Source of the DNA: Stramenopiles sp. TOSAG23-2
Lineage: Eukaryota
Assembly: GCA_900128395.1 (NCBI GenBank)
Contig: LT649278.1
Span: forward strand, 1-46,791
Length of the DNA: 46,791 nucleotides
Direction of reading: 5' to 3'
The position numbers and the translations under genes are program-made. Below are positions 10,744-19,800 of this stretch, in pieces; positions within the stretch are counted from its first letter, which is position 1; every line of letters starts with the position of its first letter. Below the pieces are notes generated by a model. That model was given only the letters and a program-made list of their open reading frames with translations. It made no database searches and was not told where the DNA came from.

Positions 10744-12087
10744 TCATCCTTTCATTTGATTTGTTGTAAATTCATGACTATAAAAATCAGATAATCGTGT
10801 ACCATCTCTTGCTAAACTTCTTGGATGATCCAATTGTATGCATGGAAATGTTACTTTCCCTGCTTCGCCACCTAAGTCTAGTTCAATAGTTTTATATACA
10901 GGATGCATTACATGATATACATGTTTGGAATTGAAGAAATCTAATCGATCATAACCAACTTTATACATAGCTAAACAAACACAATTTTGATCTTTATCTG
11001 CCATGATTAATAACACAGGTGGTATTTTCCCTTGTCCAGAAATTGGTACTAAAAATGTCAATGGAACAATCGTTCCAGGATTTTCCCCTTCTTTTAAATC
11101 TGATAAACCAACAACTTCTGCTTTTAATTTATCATCTTTATTATTTTGAACCTTTTCAATTAATTTTAAATGATGCTTATTCGTCATCATAGCTTTACAC
11201 ATAGCAATTAAACGTTTCGGTTTCAGACCACCTTTTTTTTTAACTAAATCTGATGCTTTTTTAACTTTTTTTTTAATAATTTCAATTCGTTCCTCTGATT
11301 GTAAACCAATTGGATCAATTTCAAATGCAGTACGATAATCAGCAACTGCTTTAGTATAATTTTGTGTATACGTATGTACCTCTGCGCGATTGTAATATAA
11401 ATCTGGCAATAACGATACATTTACATCACGAAATTTATCAGCACGTTCATATGCTGATAATGCTTTTTTCAAATCAGTCGGATCATGATTTAAATTAAAA
11501 AAACTACCAAGATACGCATTACCAAGCACATACCAACTTTCAGCATCATTGAAATCTAATGCTAAGGCTTCCTTTGCAACTTTAATACTTTCATTAATAT
11601 TTTCTTTTGCTTTTTCCACTTGTTCTTTCACTGTCTTTTCGTTTGGTCGTATTTGTCTTAATAACATAGATAATAAACGCAACGTAGTGCTAGTTCTCGT
11701 TTGCTTTAATGCACCATCAAAACAACTTTTTGCTGTATGAAAATCTTGTTTTTTCCAAAAACATTCACCTAAACAGTTCCATGCATCTACGTTTGTTGGA
11801 TCTAACTTTACTGCTTTTGATAAATCTTTCTCTGCCGTTTCATTGTACGTTTGAAAGACACTATTAGCTTTACCTTTTAAATATGTTGCTTTTGTCTTTC
11901 GTTCACCTTTTAAACCTTGATTGTTCTCACATGCCGCAATGCATTCAAATATTGAATCTACCATGGATTGTAACCTTTTTTCTTTTTCACCAACTACTGG
12001 TGGAAAAAATGTATCCCGTATCCGATATAATTCCGTACATAAATTTTCTGCTTCAATTAATTTATCATCCGATGTAATTGCTGCCAT
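10744..12087 (-). CDS. TTC5: Tetratricopeptide repeat protein 5 (TTC5/Strap) homologue
   Basis: N-terminal ELYRIRDTFF, TPRs YLKGKA...AEKDLSKAVKLDP...DAWNCLGECFWKK, SWYVLGNAYL, PDLYYNRA and a C-terminal OB-like region. The 447-aa length fits TTC5. Confidence 0.9.
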   Translation of the reverse strand: MAAITSDDKLIEAENLCTELYRIRDTFFPPVVGEKEKRLQSMVDSIFECIAACENNQGLKGERKTKATYLKGKANSVFQTYNETAEKDLSKAVKLDPTNVDAWNCLGECFWKKQDFHTAKSCFDGALKQTRTSTTLRLLSMLLRQIRPNEKTVKEQVEKAKENINESIKVAKEALALDFNDAESWYVLGNAYLGSFFNLNHDPTDLKKALSAYERADKFRDVNVSLLPDLYYNRAEVHTYTQNYTKAVADYRTAFEIDPIGLQSEERIEIIKKKVKKASDLVKKKGGLKPKRLIAMCKAMMTNKHHLKLIEKVQNNKDDKLKAEVVGLSDLKEGENPGTIVPLTFLVPISGQGKIPPVLLIMADKDQNCVCLAMYKVGYDRLDFFNSKHVYHVMHPVYKTIELDLGGEAGKVTFPCIQLDHPRSLARDGTRLSDFYSHEFTTNQMKG

Positions 12088-12732
12088 ATTGTATAAAAAA
12101 TATTTTTTTAATTAATTTATATATAGATGTGTGATTTGAAACTTTTCTCCTCGAACGTTGTTGTCTATATATATATATATCAATGTTGATCTTGGTTTGT
12201 CTCTCTTAGTTGTCTATAATAAATATATATTTTGAATTTAAAATGTTTGTTTTTTCAAAAAACCTCATCAAAACCACCAGTCGATTTGTTATTCTTCTAA
12301 TTGACGCTATGCTATATGTGTAGTAATTAGTAATTATAAAAGAGATAGGAAAATATTAGAATACAATCAAGTAAAGAAAGGAGTGTTTTCTCTATCATAG
12401 ATTTTAACCAAGTAAAAAGGCAAAACACATTTTAGAACTATTAAATAAATCACACATATATGGCATGTACATCAGATGATCAGATGATACGACGTATGGT
12501 TAAAATCTAAGCTAAGTTATATATAATAATTTTACTTCTCATGTTAAATAATATGCTCAATACTCAATCTCGAGAATAAATATCACCGAGAATAAACATC
12601 AGTATAAACATTTTTCCTACTGTGTGGTGTTCATTCAGAGAGTGGTGGTGGTGGTGGTGAAACGAGAGTGAAGATATGAGAGATAATTTACACAAAAAAA
12701 ACACATATACAGAGAGGGAAAAAAACTTTTTT

Positions 12733-15330
12733 TTACACACACATACGCTCTAAGAAATCATATTTCAACATATCCGGATTGAGTTGTTTCATTGCTTGCC
12801 AAAACCCAGAATAATATGATTTTCCCATCACCCCTTGGTCTCTATAACTTTGTGCCATGAAATGTACAATTGCTGGCCTTCGTTTGCATAAAAACATGCC
12901 TACTTTCTTCGCTTCATCGCACTCTATGTTTTTTGTCGTATCCATACCACACGTTCGTAAATGTTCTTGAAATGCATGGAATTGTATATTGTATTGACAT
13001 GGTAATGGATATACCAATTCTGGGTGTAAACTAAAAATAGAATTGAATATATCTTGATCATTCATTTGTGGATTCCAACTTTCTACTTCTACTTCAAGAT
13101 CACCTTTCATTTTAATATATTTTGTAATAGATTTTTCAACTAAATCTTGCCATCCATCTCCACGTCCCATGCGTTTAAAATTTAACATCACAATGCCACC
13201 TATAAAACCATTACCATGATATTTATTTTTCATAATCATTTTAACAGTATTTGTTTCTGTTTTTTTATTATTATTATTATTATTATTACGATCATCATCA
13301 AGGTCAGCATCCTCATTATTTACTTTATCCTCGACACCGTTAATTTTTCCATCCGTTAAATCATTCACACTGGGTTGGTTTCTACCAGCACCCCATGGTT
13401 TATATATTTCCGGCATACCAATCATTGCATTTGTTGGAAAATTATTAAATTCATTCCATAATTCTACTACATCTTCTAAAAATATTTGATCACTTTCAAC
13501 TGCAATTAAACCATCGACACCAGGTATATTTTTTAAATATCTATACATATATAAACGGCAATAACCAGCATGACCGCTATAATGTGCACTTTGTGTGAAA
13601 TTAAATTTTTTCAACAAACGTTCATTTGGTTTGACACATACTTGTTGAAAATCATAAAAACTGATACGTAAACCAGGTAATTTCAAGGCTACAAAATTTT
13701 CAGTGAAAAATATACGCCCAGCTGGATCAACAATTAAATGAAAATGTAATATATTTGGCCGTTTACGATTAAATAAAATACTTTTGATCATAACCATTGC
13801 TTCATCATAACGATCATATGATCTTGCTGAAAGCACACCAATATGTACAACGGGGTATTCATCCGTAGCATCAAGTGCTGGTAAAAATTTTCCTGGAATA
13901 TTCGTATTGACCGGTATGCCAGTTGTTGGATCTTCCTCCATGCAACTATCCCAATATGTAATTAATCCCATCTTTGGACGTGGTAAGCTTGAACTTGGGG
14001 TGACACGAAACCATGTTTGTGTCATTGTTCCACGTTTACCAAGTGGTGTCCCATCCATGGAATACAATTGCGCACTAACACCATTTAAACCTTCTGGAAA
14101 ATTAGTCGATACAACGATTTCTTTTCTCATAGGTTTTAAGCATTGATCTGTACTTTCGCCAACATGTGTTACCATACCTTGTTCATTAACATGTATATCT
14201 TTACTAATCGTCATGCATACAATACCATCGTCTTTCTCAAAGCCATCCAGTCGAACGGCAACACCAACATATTGTACAGATAAATGTTCCTCCGTTCTTG
14301 GAAATGTTATACCAACCTTTGCAGGTTTCACATCTACAATAACATTGATGCTACGTGTATCTTTCGATATAATCTGACCTTGTACACGGCCATCTAACGT
14401 AGCATTCAATTCTAACGTTGCTATTGCTAACAATTGTCCACCTTCTAATCCACTCATTTCAACATCTGTAATGTCGTTGAAACAACTACGTTGTTTACCA
14501 TGGCGAAATAATAATTCTAAACACATAACAATATTTCGTTCCATTAAATTAGTATTTTCAGGCTCAATTGCTAAACCAACTAATACATCGGATGATTTCA
14601 AAATTTCACCTTCATTTGGTGACGTGAAAAAAATTTGTGGCATTTCTACACCACCAGCTACTAATGATTCTTTTGATAAGGGTTCAATGGGATATTCAGC
14701 ATGTTCTTTTGTTGGTAAATATACATATCCATCGTCCTCGTCGTCGTTGTTTTCTTCTTCTGTTACCACTGCTGTTTCGTCGCCACTTTTTATTTCTTTT
14801 TCTTGAATCTTATTCGTATCTTGTATATTATTATTATTGTTATCTGACGAAAGGGTGGTAGTAGTGGTAGTTGCAGTAGCAGTAGTAGTTGCTATGTCAT
14901 CATTGTTTAAGATGTTTTCATTCTTATTATTACTATTATCGTCGCTAACTTGTTCTTGTTCTGTTGTACTTGGTGGTATATTATTATTATTATTATTTGT
15001 ATTATATTCTTTTGTATGAACATGATCTATTTTTCCACCCGTTTTACCAGCAGAAAAGGATTTATTTATATCTTCATCGTCATTTGCAACGGCAGCAGCA
15101 CTTGCTAAAGCAGCTGCTAATGCAGCTGCAGCCCCAGCATGTTCTTCAAGACTATTATCAGCATTAATGTTTGCCGGCATACTACCACCGTTTGTTGGTG
15201 TCTGTACAATAGATCCATATGATATGTTGTTTGATGTACATAATAATATAACAGATACAAATAAACGTAATAATACAATTATATAATTGTTATTATTATA
15301 ATTTCTTCTATATATTATTGGTATATCCAT
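12733..15330 (-). CDS. Glycosyltransferase family 8, LARGE/xyloside-xylosyltransferase-like, with N-terminal anchor, low-complexity stem and two Ig-like repeats
   Basis: C-terminal domain motifs VMIKSILFNR, LHFHLIVD, HYSGHAGYCRL, ESDQIF (DxD position), NGFIGGIVMLN, DQDIFN, LPCQYNIQ, AIVHF. Hydrophobic N-terminal segment. Two related beta-rich units begin IFFTSPNEG and VGITFPRTE. Confidence 0.75.
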   Translation of the reverse strand: MDIPIIYRRNYNNNNYIIVLLRLFVSVILLCTSNNISYGSIVQTPTNGGSMPANINADNSLEEHAGAAAALAAALASAAAVANDDEDINKSFSAGKTGGKIDHVHTKEYNTNNNNNNIPPSTTEQEQVSDDNSNNKNENILNNDDIATTTATATTTTTTLSSDNNNNNIQDTNKIQEKEIKSGDETAVVTEEENNDDEDDGYVYLPTKEHAEYPIEPLSKESLVAGGVEMPQIFFTSPNEGEILKSSDVLVGLAIEPENTNLMERNIVMCLELLFRHGKQRSCFNDITDVEMSGLEGGQLLAIATLELNATLDGRVQGQIISKDTRSINVIVDVKPAKVGITFPRTEEHLSVQYVGVAVRLDGFEKDDGIVCMTISKDIHVNEQGMVTHVGESTDQCLKPMRKEIVVSTNFPEGLNGVSAQLYSMDGTPLGKRGTMTQTWFRVTPSSSLPRPKMGLITYWDSCMEEDPTTGIPVNTNIPGKFLPALDATDEYPVVHIGVLSARSYDRYDEAMVMIKSILFNRKRPNILHFHLIVDPAGRIFFTENFVALKLPGLRISFYDFQQVCVKPNERLLKKFNFTQSAHYSGHAGYCRLYMYRYLKNIPGVDGLIAVESDQIFLEDVVELWNEFNNFPTNAMIGMPEIYKPWGAGRNQPSVNDLTDGKINGVEDKVNNEDADLDDDRNNNNNNNKKTETNTVKMIMKNKYHGNGFIGGIVMLNFKRMGRGDGWQDLVEKSITKYIKMKGDLEVEVESWNPQMNDQDIFNSIFSLHPELVYPLPCQYNIQFHAFQEHLRTCGMDTTKNIECDEAKKVGMFLCKRRPAIVHFMAQSYRDQGVMGKSYYSGFWQAMKQLNPDMLKYDFLERMCV

Positions 15331-15840
15331 TGTTTTCTATTTTTTTACTTCCAATACCTTCTTCTTCCAATTTTCGTTGTAACTATTCTTAAAAACAATT
15401 CTTAATGCTATATACTAATGTAATGGATACTGTAATAAACTGGGTTGGTGTATTTTTTTGATTTGTATTTTGTTCTATTTGCAATGTGATATATAATCAC
15501 GTACAATGTGCCAATCACAATATATATTTCAACAACAAAACAAGAAGCGTATGATTGGCGCAATGTATTTTAGCAGGTAAATAGTAGCTACCTGATAGTC
15601 ATATTTTTGCCGTAGCTCGCTTAGCTACGTGATACTAGAACAAAAAAAAAAAACAAGGCGGGGCACGGCACGCAGACTATTGTATGAATACTACCTTAAT
15701 ATATAAATATAATTACCATCATACGGTGCTTATTATTTTATTGTGTTTTAAGGAATATCAAATCACCCCACAATCGTATCATCAATTTCTCACAGCCACA
15801 CACGTCTTTTGATAAATTTATACCTTTCGATTTGTGCATT

Positions 15841-16091
15841 CCTAAGTATTACCCGATATAATTTTTAGTGTGCCGGCCAGTTGTAAATTTTCGGTACAAA
15901 TTTGTTGGTATACTTAAACACTATATTTAACTATCAAACACACAAATTAATCCAAAACTCAACCACTCGAAAACCTGAAAACCGATTAATTTGTGTATTT
16001 GATAGGTAATATAGTGTTTAAGTATAATAAAAAATTTGTACCGAAAATTTACGACTGGCCGGCACAGTAAAAATTATATCGGGTAATTAGG
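15841..16091. mobile_element. Palindromic MITE-like element (about 104-bp imperfect inverted arms, 31-bp spacer)
   Basis: 15849-15952 is the imperfect reverse complement of 15984-16086. The core 15868-16067 (GTGTGCCGGCCAG...CTGGCCGGCACAG) is flanked by TA on both sides. A homologous partial copy lies at 43762-43873. Confidence 0.7.
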
Positions 16092-16116
16092 GCATTTGGG
16101 ATTTCATCAAAATCAG

Positions 16117-16475
16117 TTGTTAACAAGGTTATTTTTTATACCTATATATAATACTAGATATAAGTATGATTATTTCATATACTGATAGATTCAACCTGGT
16201 AATCCCATGATGTATATTGACAAGATGTGCAGATGATTTGTTAACAAGGTTATTTCCTTTCCTATATACAATACTAGATATAAGTATGATTATTTCATAT
16301 ACTGATAGATTCAACCTGGTAATCCCATGATGTATATTGACAAGATGTGCAGATGATTTGTTAACAAGGTTATTTCCTTTCCTATATACAATACTAGATA
16401 TAAGTATGATTATTTCATATACTGATAGATTCAACCTGGTAATCCCATGATGTATTGACAAGATGTGCAGATGAT
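16117..16475. repeat. Tandem repeat, about 3 x 120 bp, upstream of RPB1
   Basis: The unit starting TTGTTAACAAGGTT recurs at 16117, 16238 and 16358. Copies are nearly identical. Confidence 0.95.
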
Positions 16476-16835
16476 GACGACGACGAAGGACAAAAAAATC
16501 AAAAAAAACAACAACAAAAAAATGAATAAATGGATGTCACGACTATAAAATATATATACTACTATGTAGATATATGTTGAATACAAACATATAATACCAA
16601 AGATAGACACATTCCCAATACACGATACATCAACACAGACAGATTGGAGTATTTATTATAACATTTTATTTATTATATTTTGGAACATATATTTTTGGTT
16701 TGATACGTCTATATATTTATATACCGTACATAAAATATACTTCATAGTTCTTTTTACAATTGAAAGAAAAATAGTATACTTGATATTTAAAGACAAATTA
16801 TAATAATTATAATAATAAAATAAAATACAACAATT

Positions 16836-19800
16836 ATGTCTGCTGAATTTGCTTATTCCAGAGCACCATTGCGACGTATTGAAGAATTGCAATTTTCAGT
16901 TTTCAGTCCAGAGGATATTCGTGCACAATCAGTTACGCAAGAAGCATTTATCAATGGTAAGCGTATTAAAGAAGGTATTAATACTTCAAGATGTCACGAT
17001 GAGAGTGGTAATCCAATATATGGTGGTTTAAATGATCCAAGGATGGGATATAAATTTGATGACAAGGAATGTGTAGGTTACTTTGGTCATATTGAACTTG
17101 CACGCCCTATGTTTCACATGGGATATATTGATAAGGTTCGTATGGTGTTGCAATGTGTGTGTTTTGACTGCGGTACGCTTTTAATCGATGAGAAAGATCC
17201 AACATATCATCGTATTATGAACGAACATAAGCGTTCGGAAGATCGTTTAAAGGAGTTTACTAAAATATGCCGTGGCAAAAAGAAGTGTTATGGTGGTGAC
17301 GATTTGAATGAGGACATGGAGGAAACTGGTGGCAAAGAAGTGATCCGTCGTGGTTGTGGTGCAAAACAACCAAAAATTTCGAAACCTGCCCACTCTCAAC
17401 TTTCATTTGAATATGATAATGAGGAAGATCTTGAAAATGATTTAGGTGCTGGTGGTCGGGATAGGAAACAAATGTTACAAGCTTCTCATGTTAACAATAT
17501 TTTTAAACAAATATCTGAAAAAGACATGAGAGCACTTGGTTTCCATCCAAAATGGTCCAGGCCTGAATGGCTTTTATGGCATGTCATGCCTGTGCCACCA
17601 CCACATGTTAGGCCATCCGTGCAATTTGGTTCCGGTGTTAGTGATGATGATTTAACACATAAATATATTGGTATTGTAAAAGCAAATATTGCGTTGAAAA
17701 ATAGTATTCAAAATGAAGATCCTGCGTTCACTACGAATCAATATGCCGAGTTGTTGCAATATCATTGCTCGACATTGATTAACAATGAATTGGCAGGGCA
17801 ACAGCAAGATAAATATAGGAACGGCAAGCCGTTGAAAACGATACGTCAACGTTTAGTTGGAAAAGAAGGTCGAGTACGTGGTAATTTAATGGGAAAGCGT
17901 TGTGATTTCACATCGAGAACGGTTATTACTGCCGATCCAATTTTATCTATTCAACAAGTTGGCGTTCCAAGGAGTATTGCATCCACGTTAACTGTTCGAG
18001 AACGCGTAACGCATTTTAACCAAGAGCGTTTGCATGAATTGATTGCACGTGGGCCGGATCGCCACCCAGGAGCAAATTATATCATACGCGACGATGGTGG
18101 AGTTATCGATTTAAAATTTGTGCGTAATAAAAATGATTTGCAACTTGTAGTTGGATGGATCGTAGAAAGGCATTTAAATGATGGTGATGTTGTATTATTC
18201 AATCGTCAGCCATCTTTGCACAAAATGTCTATCATGGCGCATTATGCAAAGGTACTTGATTGGAGTACATTTCGTTTGAATTTATCATGTACGCCACCAT
18301 ACAATGCCGATTTCGATGGGGATGAAATGAATCTTCACGTTCCACAATCATTAGAAGCAAGAGCGGAGGCGGAGAAAATGATGCTTACCCCATACATGAT
18401 TGTTTCCCCACAAAGTAATGCTCCGGTGATGAAAATTGTACAAGATTCCTTGTTAGGTGCATCATTGATTACCAAACGTGACATTTTTATCGATCGTGAA
18501 TTGATGATGCATTTGTTGATGTGGGTGAAAAATTTCAATGGGAAAATGCCAGTGCCTGCAATTATGGTGCCTCGTAAAAACGTGGAAGACGACTACACAG
18601 ACGGTTATGATAGTTATTGGACTGGGAAACAATTGTATTCGATGATATTGCCAAATATCAATATGCAAAAAAATTCTGGTGGCGCACCGGATGGGCAAGG
18701 AATCACAGACCTTTCTGTGACAGATTCATATGTTTACATCGAAAATGGTACGTTGCATTGTGGAAATATAGATAAAAAAAGTTTAGGAGCAGGAACAAAT
18801 GCGTTAATTCATATTACATGGTTAGAGGTTGGACCAATGGCAGCACGTGATTTAATTGATAATACGCAATTGGTCATCAATGCATGGTTGATCCATTGGG
18901 GCTTTAGTATTGGTGTTGGAGATACGGTGGCTGATGAAGCAACTATGTTTGAGATTGCTCGTATCATTGATGAGAAAAAGGATAAAGTGGCAGAGCTTGT
19001 AAAGCAAGGCCAGAACAATGAATTAGAATCGCAACCAGGTCGTACGATGATACAAGTTTTTGAAGATTCCGTGAATCGTGCATTAAATGCAGCACGTAAT
19101 GATTCCGGAAAAAGAGCATCAGACTCTTTACCAAAAGATAATAGTTTTAAAATTACCGTCACATCCGGTAGTAAAGGTAGTGCAAATAATATTGCGCAGA
19201 TTTTAGCATGCGTAGGACAACAAAATGTTGAAGGGAAACGAATTAAAAACGGATTCCAATATCGAACGTTGCCACACTTTGCAAAAGATGATTTAGGTCC
19301 TGAATCTCGAGGTTTTGTTGAAAATTCATATTTGAAAGGGTTAACACCTGCTGAATTTTACTTCCATGCAATGAGTGGAAGGGAAGGTATTATTGATACT
19401 GCATGTAAAACTGCAGAGACAGGATATATCCAACGCCGTTTAGTAAAAGCCATGGAAACCATCATGGTCCGTTACGATGGGACCGTGCGTAATGCAGAAG
19501 GTCATATTGTTCAATTTTTATACGGTGAGGATGGCATGGCTGGTGAATTTGTTGAGCAGCAAAAAATGTTTACTATGAAAATGAGCCATAAAGCTATGGC
19601 AAGGAAATTCAAATTTAGTGATTACAAACCTGGTGAAGAAACTGTTAATGGCAAAACGCATCGCTTCATGTCGACCCAAGCAATTGAAGATGTTGAACGC
19701 GATGTGGACACGAAAAGGTATTTGAGGGAAGAATACCAACAATTATTAGTGGATCAAGAGACATTAGCAGAAATTGGGGTATGGCGTAAAGCAATTCTCT

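Noticed and set aside
16129-16461. 110-aa repetitive ORF, and a possible CRISPR-like array
   Set aside because: The ORF is a by-product of a 120-bp (multiple of 3) tandem repeat. There are no unique spacers and no cas genes, and the context is eukaryotic.
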